Part shown: positions 26,612 to 39,475 of the stretch, in pieces
Position numbering within the stretch: position 1 is the stretch's first letter
How the letters are laid out: each line of letters begins with the position of its first letter
Source of the DNA: Octopus vulgaris
Lineage: Eukaryota
Direction: 5' to 3'
Assembly (NCBI GenBank): GCA_951406725.2
Contig: OX597816.1
Span: forward strand, 133,238,001-133,302,000
DNA length: 64,000 nt
Program-made: the position numbers and the translations under genes
The notes under the pieces: model-generated
What the model saw: only the letters and a program-made list of their open reading frames with translations
Databases searched by the model: none
What the model was told of the DNA's origin: nothing

Positions 26612-27037
26612 GATCCGAAACAATGGTGCATACCCTTTTAGCTAAGTAGAAAGGGATATTTATCTTGGTGTGTTTTGGGTGGCATGAACTGAAGAGGAGG
26701 TATTGTTGTGAGTCTGTAGGTTTGTGGTAGATGTCTGTTGTGATTTGGTTGTTGGGTGTTTTTATAATTAGAAGATCAAGGAAAGGGAGATGATGTTTGC
26801 TGAATTCCATAGTGAATTGAATGTTGGGATGTATGTTGTTCAGTTTTGAATTCCAGAAGCTTTTCATAAGATTCTTTCCATATGATGAAACAATCATCTA
26901 AGTATCTTTTCCAGTTTTCCATTAAGTAGATGTGGAAAAGGTGTCCAAATTTCTGGTGTGATATCTCAACAACCAAATCACAACAGACATCTACCTCAAA
27001 CCTACAGACTCACAACAATACCTCCTCTTCAGTTCAT
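26612..27037 (-). mobile_element. Penelope-like element RT fragment with 5' inversion
   Basis: WKRYLDDCFIIW / LNNIHPNIQFTME...LPFLDLLI...TDIYHKPTDSQQYLLFSSCHPKHTKINIPFYLAKRVCTIVSD is a classic PLE RT core and thumb. 26967-27037 is an inverted copy of about 26684-26753. Confidence 0.92.
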
Positions 27038-27173
27038 ATAAATTGCTTATAATTTTTATTCCATGATGACTACCTGAATCAGGTAAAGTTCTATATTTAA
27101 GAGATGAGGAATTATGTACATTACTTACATTATTTACATTTGGCGGATATTTGTCCTCATCTTGTTTGTTGTT

Positions 27174-27219
27174 AACACAACGTTTCGGCTGATATACCCT
27201 CCAGCCTTCATCAGGTGTT
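27174..27219 (-). ncRNA. Minimal type I hammerhead ribozyme motif (family H2) in a PLE-type LTR (about 27090-27264)
   Basis: aacac-CTGATGA-a-ggctg gagggtatat cagcc-GAAAC-GTT|gtgtt. 5-bp stem I, 5-bp stem II, stem III only via the palindrome AACGTT. Confidence 0.8.
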
Positions 27220-27344
27220 TTAGGGAAATTTCGAACCTGGTTCTCATTCCTAAGGTACTTTCGAAGTTGTTGTTGTTGTTGTTGTTGTTGTTGTTATTAT
27301 TATTATTATTATTATTGTTGTTGTTGTTGTTATTGTTGCTGTTG

Positions 27345-27384
<40 letters not shown>

Positions 27385-27388
<4 letters not shown>

Positions 27389-27607
27389 TAGTTTTATTTT
27401 TATAGCGTGTTTTCACTTCACTGCCGAGCGCAGCTCTGTGTGCCTTAGATATGTGCTGTGGTTTGCTGTGATGCTGTTATGGTTACTGTATTGAAAGCGT
27501 TTTATGTAAGATGTGTGAAGTGCCCAGTAGTGCAATTTTCTGTATGTTGTATATATTTGTAAGTCCTGGTGTTTTTGTTATGTATTTATCTGAATATTTT
27601 TTATCAT
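27385..27607 (-). mobile_element. R4/Dong-like LINE 3' end followed by a (TAA)n/(CAA)n tail
   Basis: IQKIALLGTSHILHKTLSIQ* then 3' UTR into the triplet tract 27267-27385. The same 3' end is on + at about 46640-46760. Confidence 0.75.
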
Positions 27608-27613
27608 ACCTAT

Positions 27614-28036
27614 AGGCGCAGGAGTGGCTGTGTGGTAAGTAGCTTGCTTACCAACCACATGGTTCCGGGTTCAGTCCCGCTGCGTGGCATCTTAGGCAAG
27701 TGTCTTCTGCTATAGCCTCGGGCGGACCAATGCCTTGTGAGTGGATTTGGTAGACGGAAACTGAAAGAAGCCCGTCGTGTATATGTATATATATATATGT
27801 ATATATATATATGTGTATGTTTGTGTGTCTGTATATATGTGTATGTTTGTGTCCCCCTAGCATTGCTTGACAACCGATGCTGGTGTGTTTACGTCCCCGT
27901 CACTTAGTGGTTCGGCAAAAGAGACCGATAGAATAAGTACTGGGCTTACAAAGAATAAGTCCTGGGGTCGATTTGCTCGACTAAAGGCGGTGCTCCAGTA
28001 TGCCCGCAGTCAAATGACTGAAACAAGTAAAAGAGT
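27614..28036 (+). mobile_element. tRNA-derived SINE family B, full length, with internal (TA/TG) microsatellite
   Basis: aggcgcaggagtggctgtgtggtaag (A box)...gggttcagtccc (B box)...tgactgaaacaagtaaaaga. Other copies at 35497-36869(-), 37160-37868(+), 41365-41690(-), 43160-43430(+). Confidence 0.9.
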
Positions 28037-28114
28037 AATGCGCCTACTATGATAGGAATTATTTCTGTTTTTAGATTCCACATTCGTGCTACCTCTATTT
28101 CCAGATCTAATTAA

Positions 28115-29490
<1,376 letters not shown>

Positions 29491-29492
<2 letters not shown>

Positions 29493-29563
29493 TCACTGCC
29501 TGGAATCGAACTCGGAATCTTGGGGTTAGTAGCCTGCGCTCTTAACTACTACGTCATATGCCC
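29491..29563 (-). mobile_element. tRNA-like SINE head / tRNA pseudogene reading directly into the (AAT)n array
   Basis: gggcatatgacgtagtagttaagagcgcaggctactaaccccaagattccgagttcgattccaggcagtgacc has an A-box-like motif, loop CT-ACT-AA and B box GAGTTCGATTCC. Acceptor and T stems pair poorly, so it is not called a functional tRNA. Confidence 0.65.
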
Positions 29564-29590
29564 GTGGGTTCAGGTTCGAAATTTCTCCAA

Positions 29591-29636
29591 GACACCTGAT
29601 CAAGTCTGGAGAGTATATCAGCCGAAGCATTGTGTC
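29591..29636 (+). ncRNA. Degenerate hammerhead (family H2) in a second LTR copy (about 29571-29685)
   Basis: gacac-CTGATcA-a-gtctg...cagcc-GAAg-catt|gtgtc. The core is mutated; stem I shows a compensatory G-C versus A-U in the 27174 copy. Confidence 0.6.
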
Positions 29637-29721
29637 AACAACAAACAAAATGAAGACAGGTATCCATCAAATGTAAATAATGTACCTGATATTAATCATT
29701 AGCGTAGTTTTTATCTGTCTA

Positions 29722-29804
<83 letters not shown>

Positions 29805-29900
29805 CGGGAAAGTTTACGAAAATAAACAGAAGACGAAGGCAGGTGGAGTACAAACAAACAAATGTATTAGTATAGCGCTCAGGAATAGAAATAGAAAAAG

Positions 29901-29938
29901 TCTTTTACGTTTCGAGCCTACGCTCTTCGACAGAAAGA
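29901..29938 (-). ncRNA. Minimal hammerhead motif (family H3), variant core, in a PLE-type LTR (about 29802-30050)
   Basis: tcttt-CTGtCGA-a-gagc gtag gctc-GAAAC-GTA|aaaga. A6 of the core is replaced by U. Confidence 0.65.
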
Positions 29939-30049
29939 TACCCAGAAAAAAACAAGAAGAGAAACAAGGAGAGAAAAAAATGTGTGTTGGAGCTAACGAT
30001 CTATCATGGCGTCCTGACTTCGGACAGTGGTCAGACGCGAAAAGGACAG

Positions 30050-30123
<74 letters not shown>

Positions 30124-30551
30124 CATGCATGTATGTATGTATGTATGTATGTGTGTGTGTATATATGTGTATTTGTGTGTTTGGGGTGCGTGTGCATATG
30201 TGTGTGAACACACACACGCACACTCATGCACTCGCACCTCAAACACATACACACACACATACACACATACATACATACATTCACATATACATATAATCTT
30301 TATTCTATCTGTCTCTTTCTCTCTGTCTCTTTCTCTCTATCTCTTTCTTTCTCTTTTAGGTACTTACAGATTCATTCATATCACTTTTTTCACTCCTTTC
30401 TTCACGTATTTCTCACACTTTGTCCCTCATCTCACGTCCCCTCACACTATACATTCCACTTAGCCCCTTTTTTGAATACATCGCTTCTCTCTCAAACGAA
30501 CCCACCACATTATATTCACCCACCCGGCCACCCAAAATTTTTCTTCCTCCT

Positions 30552-30586
<35 letters not shown>

Positions 30587-31514
30587 CCCATCTTCTCTCT
30601 CTCTCGCCCTCTCCCTTACTCTCTCACACACACACATATATATACACACACACACATGCACACACATACACACACGCACACACATACATAATATCTCCAC
30701 TCTGTTACCATCTTCTCTTCCTCAGACTACATCGCCCACGCTATTGTCCCACCTTCACAGTCTCCTCATCTCCATCACTTCACCACTCCTCCACTTGTTC
30801 TCCACTTCTCGCCTCTCAATGCGCCAGTTCTCTCACTGGCATCACCATCACCGCCACCGTACCATCTTATTCCTTCTCCAACGCCATAAGAACACAAAAC
30901 ACTCTCACATCGTTAGTCTCTGACACCATCCCTCTACGTACTATCTCTCATGACCATACTCTACTCTCCACACCAAAATTACTGCAGTTTCAACTACCCA
31001 CCACACCACTCCGGCCCTTTTCCTCTTTATCTCCACTCCATTCCACTGTAATTAATATCTTGCATTGATTAAAGGACACAAAAGATGTTCTATACACTGG
31101 AAATAGACAGGAGACTCTGAAGTCAGAGATAAACAAGAAAACCTATTCCATCAATACCATCTTCAGCGCCTTCTGCCGTTGGCATCACACAAACACTTAC
31201 TCACACACGCACGCACATGCACCCACACAAGGGTGCGCGTGCACGCACAAAAATATATATATGCGCATACGTACACCTGTACACATACAATGTATATACT
31301 CACATACGCACAAACGATCATACATATACCTACATCCGCCAACAGAATACACACGTATTCATAGAGTACCTGCAACATACATACATACATACATACATAC
31401 ATACATACATACATACATACATACATACATACATACATACATACATACATGCATACATACGTACATACATGCATACATACATACATATATACATGCATAC
31501 ATACATACAAACAC

Positions 31515-31559
<45 letters not shown>

Positions 31560-31924
31560 TACATACCTACTTACATACATATATATATACATACATACAT
31601 ACATGCATACATACATGCATGCATACGTACATCGTACATACACACATACATATAAACACGCACATACATACATACATACATACATACATACATACATACA
31701 TACATACATACATACATACATACATACATACATACATGCATAAGAATCCAGCAATGCAGGGCTCGCATATCTAAGCAAAAACGTGGACGAGAGACACTAC
31801 ATACCACAACAAAGCTAATGCATGGATATGTTTCCCGTAAACTAGAAAGGGATAACAATATTTAAATGAAATGTAACCTCCCTTGACCTCGCGAATGCTG
31901 CTAGTGTATACACTGCATTCTCCA

Positions 31925-32620
31925 TCCACCTTTATGCACGCTCATTGGTTCCGATACAGGTCCTGCAAGATTTGCAGGTCTTTCCCATTCAGATCAAGGT
32001 TACTGAGTTCTTGAAATAATATGTCATGTTTTACTTTACCGAAGGCCTTTGTGTAATCCGCGAAACACATGAAGATGTCATTTTGCATCTCCATCGCCCG
32101 CTCCGTTATCGTTCTCAATACAAAAATAGCGTTCCTAGTACCAGCGTCCTTTCCAAAGGCAAACTGTTCAATTGCAATCTCGTGTGTTGTTCTGCTTCTT
32201 GCCCGCAGAAGTAAAATTCTCAGAATGATCTTCGTAACGTGACCCATGAGATTCGTCGTGCGATACTGTTCACAGGCCACAGCTCCTGATTGCTTCAGGA
32301 ATGCAATAAAGATGGATTTACTCGGAGCTTCTAGGAATTTTCCTTCATCAAAGATCATGTTTATTACATCTATCAGTTTTCTAATTTCATATTCCTCTAC
32401 TGTTTTTATCATCCCAATAACAATTTTGTCTGGGCTATCAGCTTTGTTTACTTTCATCATTTTGATGGTCACCTGTACTTCAGATGGCATAATCTTTGGC
32501 CCCTCATTAGAGTTACGAAAACTAGGCAAGGTTGTTATCGCATCAGGAATTATTCTGTCAGTCAGAAAATCGAAATCCCAGAACATCCTTGTTTACCCAT
32601 TCTGGTGAATTATTTTACCA
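31925..32620 (-). mobile_element. RTE-clade LINE reverse transcriptase fragment
   Basis: ORF 31942-32586 has KADSPDKI...CEQYRTTNLMGHVTKIILRILL.R...EQFAFGKDAGTRNAIFVLR...CFADYTKAFGKVKH. Confidence 0.9.
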
Positions 32621-33050
32621 GGCACATACTCATCCAAATTCTTTGCTAGTTCTTATTGTTATTTACGATATAAAAGCCAATGAAGGTACATTGTATTCTT
32701 TCTGCACAAGGCTCTCACATCCACTCACTTTCTCACTTTCTCACTTCCTTTTCACAGAGTCTGCATTTCTGGGTGTCAGAAGTTTTGTAGATTTTATACA
32801 TCACCAAACTGTTGTTGTTGTTGTCCTCTTCTTTCAACTTTGTTTCCATTTCTTGCTAAGTGTACTCCCGACACCTAGAGCAAAGAAAGTCACCGTAAAC
32901 ACTGGTAGGTCATTAATGTAAAGACGCCAGATTGTTCAATCACAAAGTCATGTGATAGAAAAAAGGGGAAGAAAGACAGAAAGAAAAAGGAAAGATTAAA
33001 AAATGAAAGAAAGAAAATAAAGAAAATAATGGGGGAAAAGGAATGACATT

Positions 33051-33240
33051 TCACAACGACAATGCTCTTCTCAATACGTGTGACGTACCAGTGGAGACAG
33101 TCTTTTGCACTTCTATCATGGATAAACCAGGGATCATCCTCAAATAATTTTCAGTTCCTTTTTTGATCATTCCAAGTACCCTTACAATCACTGGTATTTT
33201 AACCGTCTTGAGATGCCACATTTTTTCGATTTCACTTGCA
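33051..33240 (-). mobile_element. R4/Dong-like LINE restriction-like endonuclease C-terminal fragment
   Basis: EIEKMWHLKTVKIPVIVRVLGMI...EVQKTVSTGTSHVLRRALSL*. Confidence 0.75.
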
Positions 33241-34150
33241 TTGTTGTTGTTGTTGTTGTTGTTCTTGTTTGCATAAATTAACCAAAAAATAACGAAACCA
33301 CACACGCTAAAAACGATACTATCCAGTAGCCAGCACATCCTGTATGTATGTATGTATGTATGTATGTATGTATGTATGTATGTATGTATGTCTGTCTGTC
33401 TGTATGTATGTATGTATGTATGTATGTATGTATGTATGTATTGAGTGTTTCATTCTGCAAACAATATTATGATATTTGAGCAAGGAGGGCGTATAAGTCT
33501 GTGTAGAGCAGGTAGTCATCAATAAAATGACATATTGAATTGTAGTATAAAAGCATGGCCTGACTTTCAAAGCAATACAATTAGATAAAATCATCCAACC
33601 ACTTGTAATTGCTATTGGCCATCTTGCTAAGACTTGGAACACCACAATGATATTTGGAAGTGATAACAAGCAGGAGCGGATTTAGACCATAGGGCGAGGT
33701 ACACTTCAATTTCGGTGGGCTCCTTATACACAAGAATTAAAATCTTGGAAAATTACCAAATTTAAATCTCAAAACCCATCTGTTTCATATAATTGAACTT
33801 GATGAGTTAGCAGAGAAAGTTTAAATAAATGACGGAAAATGTCGCTTTACAGATACACTTTTCAAAATTCAATTTTTTCTGAAAAATGCAATGAAGGAGA
33901 GAACAGGGGGTAAGACTTTTTTTCTTTTAACGCGAGTTAGAAATGTTTCAGAATGTAGAATACGATAAAATAACAGAAAATTACGAAAAAGACAAAAAAT
34001 CATTTTAGTGATTGTTGCTGTTCCATATGAAATTTGATGTATCCGAAGGTGCATTTTTTGTTGTAGGAAGAGAAAGAATTTGTTCGCTTCCTGCAAAAAC
34101 TAAATATGAACGCTTTGTCAATACAGATTTTACGTTCGAGTAAGTAACTA

Positions 34151-35320
34151 TACGAGGGTGGGCTGAAAGATTCAAAGGCTGACTATGAAGGAGTGATTCT
34201 AGAGCTGTGAAATCTAGCACGCATTCATTTCAACCGTTCTTGTTAATAATTGCATTGTTTCTTTCCAGGTAAACTGACATCTCACTGTTCAAAGAACACA
34301 TCAACAAAGAACAACTAACTTGAAAATCGACAAACTTTCACCTTGTCGTGTTACCGAATACCTGCAGAAAAAGAGTTTAGCCCCCACCCCAGGACATTCA
34401 TACTGACAAGCTTACTACATTAGAGGGATGATGCTCCTGCCTTATCAACAGTGCAAAAGTGGGTAATTGAATTTACGAGGAGAACGGCGAGTATTGAAGA
34501 TGACCCAGCGTCTGGACGCCCTGCAACTGCTACAACCGAGGAAGACAATGATCGCGTTCACCACATGCTGATGGATGACAGACGATTTACTATAAATAAA
34601 ATAACCAATGCTGTTAGCATATCCCATGAGATTGGAATATTCTGCACAATGAACTTGACGAAGGTTTGAGTCACGTTTTCTGACACCTGATCAAAAGCAC
34701 ACCAGGTTGATTACATCACGGCAAAATCTGACATTGTTTGAGGTAGATCCAACTGGTTTCCTTCGACGTTTCCTAACCCAAGCTGAGTGTTGGATTCTTC
34801 ACTTTGAGCCAGAGACACAGAGACAATCTATGCAGCGGAAACACCCTTTCTCACCTGCTCCAAAGAAGGCCAAGGTAGATTCTTCTGTTGGGAAGGTGAT
34901 GGCCTCAGTTTTGGGGGATGCAAAAGGCATTATGTTTATTGACTATTTTCAAATGCAGAGTATTATGCCAACTTACTGATTTACGAATGGCTATCAAGAC
35001 CAAACACCCAGGAAAAGAGTCTTGTTTCATCAGAACAATGCTCCAGCAAACAAGTCCTTCGTTTCAACGGCTGCTGTGATTGACTGAGGGTTTGAACTGG
35101 TTCATGACCATCTCTATTCTCCTGATTTCTGACTATCATCTGTTTCCCAACATAAAAAAAGACTTGACTGGGGAGCAATATTGCAGTGATGATGACGTCA
35201 TATCCACTGTTGATAACTTTTGTGAGCAACAAGATGAAAACTTGTTCACCAATGAGATTCAAGCACTGCAGAACTGATAGAAGAAGTGTGTGAATCGCAA
35301 GGGGGCTATGTTGAAAAGTA
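34151..35320 (+). mobile_element. Decayed mariner transposon
   Basis: Terminus tacgagggtgggctgaaa; remnants VQKWVIEF.R...SIEDDPASGRP, FLRRFLTQAECWILHFEPETQRQSMQ, GKVMASV.GDAKG, HQNNAP, SDYHLFPNIKK. Confidence 0.88.
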
Positions 35321-35696
35321 AATCTACACACACACACACACACATACACATATATGTATATGAATATACATAGATACCTGTGTATGTGAGTGTATGTATA
35401 TGTATGCAGATAAGTATAGCTCTCAGTATATCTGTACTTCTAATTTACTTTGTGATGGGCATGCATATATATATATATATATACATGTATATATTCTTTT
35501 ATTTGTTCCAGTCATTTGACTGCGGACATGGAGCACCGCCTTCAGTCGAACAAATCGACACAGGGCTTATTCTTTGTAAGCCTAGTACTTATTCTATCGG
35601 TCTCTTTTGCTGAACCGCTAAGTTACGGAGACGTAAACACACTAACATCGGTTGTCAAGCAATGGTGGTGAGACAAACACAGGCACACAAACATAT

Positions 35697-35839
35697 ACAG
35701 TGCAAAAGTGGGTAATTGAATTTACGAGGAGAACGGCGAGTCTTGAAGATGACCCAGCGTCTGGACGCCCTGCAACTGCTACAACCGAGGAAGACAATGA
35801 TCGCGTTCACCACATGCTGATGGATGACAGACGATTTAC
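35697..35839 (+). repeat. 143-bp local duplicate of mariner segment 34448-34590
   Basis: Identical apart from one substitution (gtattg/gtcttg); offset 1249 bp. Confidence 0.92.
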
Positions 35840-35936
35840 GAGGAGATATAAGTGATGTACTCAAGTGTAGTTATGTTTTTAGCTTGTGCTTTTTCCATGA
35901 TCATACGTGAGTATTTTATTTATATCCCATCGAAAG

Positions 35937-35997
35937 CTCTACTGAAGAAAGAATATATCTTTTATAAGATTAATTCCGAAATTGATTCAATATAGAG
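35937..35997 (+). ncRNA. Type I hammerhead ribozyme motif (family H4, copy 1)
   Basis: ctcta-CTGAAGA-aa-gaat..atctt ttat aagat..attc-c-GAAA-ttga t tcaa-TA|tagag. Perfect 5-bp stem I, bipartite stem II, palindromic stem III ATTGA-T-TCAAT. Predicted cleavage after 35992. Confidence 0.8.
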
Positions 35998-36426
35998 ATA
36001 ACGAAATTTAAATTTTCTAAAGGTTAGTTGCCCGTTTTCAGTTTCAATTCTCCTGTAGCAAGCGGATTATAAGTGGATAAATCAGTGTATTGGCTTTAGA
36101 ATAACCCTCTTTAGCCCTTAATTATATGATGTTTATACTTCAACCGTAACAGTTTTTTAAATATACTGCCCACGCTTCCTGATGGATTCCTTTTCTGTAG
36201 AGAAAGGGACTTCATCCTATATTGTTAGTAGTAAACTCGCTGCTTGCTACGGGAGGACCGGTAACCATTACAATTTGTAGCGGCGAAAGGTCAAGACGTT
36301 GTTTCTGAGGCTGACCAAAGAATTTTTATTTTTAGATATAAGTGATGTACTCAAGTGTAGTTATGTTTTTAGCTTGTGCTTTTTCCATGATCATACGTGA
36401 GTATTTTATTTATATCCCATCGAAAG

Positions 36427-36487
36427 CTCTACTGAAGAAAGAATATATCTTTTATAAGATTAATTCCGAAATTGATTCAATATAGAG
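36427..36487 (+). ncRNA. Type I hammerhead ribozyme motif (family H4, copy 2)
   Basis: Identical to 35937-35997; predicted cleavage after 36482. Confidence 0.8.
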
Positions 36488-36616
36488 ATAACGAAATTTA
36501 AATTTTCTAAAGGTTAGTTGCCCGTTTTCAGTTTCAATTCTCCTGTAGCAAGCGGATTATAAGTGGATAAATCAGTGTATTGGCTTTAGAATAACCCTCT
36601 TTAGCCCTTAATTATA

Positions 36617-36706
<90 letters not shown>

Positions 36707-37183
36707 CGGGCTTCTTTCAGTTTCCGTCTACCAAATCCAGTCAAAAGGCTTTGGTTGCCCCGAGATTATAGTAGAAGACTCATGCTCAAGGTGCCACGCA
36801 GTGGGACTGAACCCCGCAACCATGTGGTTTGTAAGCACGTTATTTACCACACAGTCACTCCTGCGCCTATATGTGTGTGTGTCTGTGTCTGTGTGTGTGA
36901 ATGTGTGCGTGTGTGAAGGCGCGTGGATTAGTGGTTGGAGTGTTGCACTCATGATTGTTGGATTGTGGTTTCGATTCTAGGAGCGGGTGATGCGTTTTGT
37001 TCTCGAACAAAACTCTTCATTTCATGTTGCAGCTGTCTACTCATCTGGCAAAAATTAGTTCTCCTGCGACGGACCGGCGTCCCGTTCAGGAGGCGAATAT
37101 ATACGCAACAGAATCCGATAAACCATCCTGACGAGCCATTAGTTCAAGAAGGACCTTTGCGTGGCTGTGTAGTAAAACACTTT

Positions 37184-37417
37184 CTTATTTCTTTATTGCC
37201 CACAAGGGGCTAAACATAGAGGGGACAAACAAGGGCAGACAAAGGGATTAAGTTGATTAGATCGACCTCAGTGCGCAACTGGTACTTAATTTATCGACCC
37301 CGAAAGGATGAAAGGCAAAGTCGACCTCGGCGGAATTTAAACTCAGAACGTAAAGACAGACGAAATACCGCTAGGCATATCGCCCGGTGTGCTAATGTTT
37401 CTGCCAGCTCGCCGCCT
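37184..37417 (-). mobile_element. Family-A SINE inserted into the head of a family-B SINE
   Basis: 11-bp TSD taaaacacttt at 37173-37183 and 37418-37428. The family-B head gtggctgtgtagt resumes as atgcccaaccacatgg. Confidence 0.9.
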
Positions 37418-37589
37418 TAAAACACTTTATGCCCAACCACATGGTCCTGCGTTCAATCCCCTGCGTGGCACCTGGGCAAGTGTCTTCTATTATAGTCTCG
37501 GGCTGACCAAAGTCTTGTGTGTGGATTTGGTAGACGGAAACTCAAAGAATCCCGTCGTATAAATACACACACATACACACACACACAAT

Positions 37590-37650
<61 letters not shown>

Positions 37651-38189
37651 CCTGTGTGTGTTTGTGTCTTTGTGTCTGTATTTGTCCCCCCACCCCCCAT
37701 CCCCATCACCGGTGTTGGTGTGTTTACCTCCCCGTAAGCTAGCGGTTCGGCAAAAGAGACCGATAGAATAAGGACTAGGCTTACAAAGAGTAAGTCGTGC
37801 GGTCAATTTCTTCGACTTAAACGTTTTAAGTCAGTGCTCCAGCATGGCTGCAGTCAAATGAATGAAACAAGTAAAGGTATAAAAGAATATGTAAGCACAC
37901 AAAGCAGCAAGCATCAAAATGAAGATGTATACGTTTACTTTTTAATTGACAATTTTTTCTTACGTTCTACTGTGCACGAGTATGTTGGAAATAAATGTGC
38001 ACATCCGTGTGTGTGTATTTATGTATATATATCACTTGTCGACTAGGCTATCAGATGTGGTGGAATTATGTATGCGTATGTGTCCGCTACAGAAATAGTT
38101 CTGCGAGAAAATTATCCCATTAAATGTGTGTGCAAACGCACATAAAGTTGTGAATGACATAATTCCACCACATCTGATAGTCTGGTGAT

Positions 38190-38560
38190 ATATACAGGTA
38201 TTTGAGCACACATCTTTTTCGGGTCATTGCTACGTTTCTTGCTAACTCTGTTATAATCTGTGTTTCAGAAAATAATAATAGTAGACCCTCAGCTTACTCA
38301 AGAAATGAAGAAGCATGCTGTTATTTTGGTTATAAAGGCTAAGCATAGCGTTTTAGAAATATCTCGATTTTTAAAAGTTGCCTGATCTCTTGTCTACAAT
38401 GCTTGTAAGGCGTTAAAGACTGAAGATGGAAACGTATCACCAGTATCAAAGCATAAAAAGTATTCCAAATGCTCTGAAATCATCAGAACACTTGAATTTA
38501 TCCGGCAAGTTCAACAGACTATTGATTACAATCCCAGAAAGTCCATGAGGTCAATTGCAT
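38190..38560 (+). mobile_element. Tc1/mariner-like 5' fragment
   Basis: tacaggta terminus; N-terminal HTH-like remnant EMKKHAVILVIKAKHSVLEISRFLKVA...IDYNPRKSMRSIA. Confidence 0.55.
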
Positions 38561-39032
38561 TCTATGAGGTATTTTTGCCTCTTAGCTGAAACACCTCATC
38601 CTATGAGGTAATTTTGCCGCTTGGCTGAAACAGCTGTAAGATACTTTCCCAATTTCTATTCCTGTATGCTATATATTTTAAAAATTACTGGTATTTTTAT
38701 ATATTCTATATGTAAAGCATAATATGTTATATATGTATGTGTAATCTCGTAATTGTTATTTTAGCAAATAAATAAATAAATTAACATTATATAATATCTA
38801 AAAGTTGATGAACCACCTATTGATCCCCTCTATTTTCTTATTGCTCCATAAATTAATGGTAAAATAACTCTTTACCCTCACCCATTTAGTACACTAGGTA
38901 ATGTAACTGCAACGCAATAAAAACACTTGTGTATTAATATTTGAGTATTCTACCAGCAGTATATTGGATAGATATTATCCCTTAGTTGGTTGGATTCACA
39001 ACCCCTAACTTTCTTGGAAATATATATTTATA

Positions 39033-39143
<111 letters not shown>

Positions 39144-39220
39144 ATGTATGTATGTATGTATGTATATGGATTCACTATATATATGTATATACGTTGCAAA
39201 AATGTGTGAGATCCTTGATA

Positions 39221-39349
39221 TATTTGGAAAAGGAAGAAGAATGATTTCACTGGTAGTTCTAATCAGTTTAATTTATTATTTTTAATTTTTCAGTAAGTTA
39301 AACTGATTAGGACTATCAGTGAAGTCATTGTTTTTCCTCTTTTCAAATG
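39221..39349 (+). other. Long imperfect hairpin (~57-bp stem, 14-nt loop)
   Basis: 39240-39277 pairs with 39292-39329 with only G.U deviations; pairing extends to 39221/39349. Confidence 0.85.
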
Positions 39350-39442
39350 GTCAAACCGGCCAATCCATGGCACCATGGACAACGAACGTTAAATAATAAT
39401 TATTGTTATTGTTATTATTATTATTGTTGTTGTTGTTGTTGT

Positions 39443-39475
<33 letters not shown>

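Larger units (their letters stand above)
35844..36620 (+). mobile_element. Retrozyme-like / Penelope pseudo-LTR element: identical 287-bp direct repeats (490-bp period), each with a hammerhead
   Basis: 35844-36130 = 36334-36620 with no difference seen; 203-bp spacer; no ORF. Ends in (TA)n and is inserted in the internal microsatellite of a minus-strand family-B SINE. Confidence 0.85.

Noticed and set aside
29491-29563. Functional tRNA with ACT anticodon
   Set aside because: Acceptor, anticodon and T stems do not pair properly; treated as a SINE head or pseudogene.
30226-31068. 280-aa S/T/H/L-rich ORF
   Set aside because: Low complexity, spans microsatellites and has no recognisable domain; likely repeat-derived.
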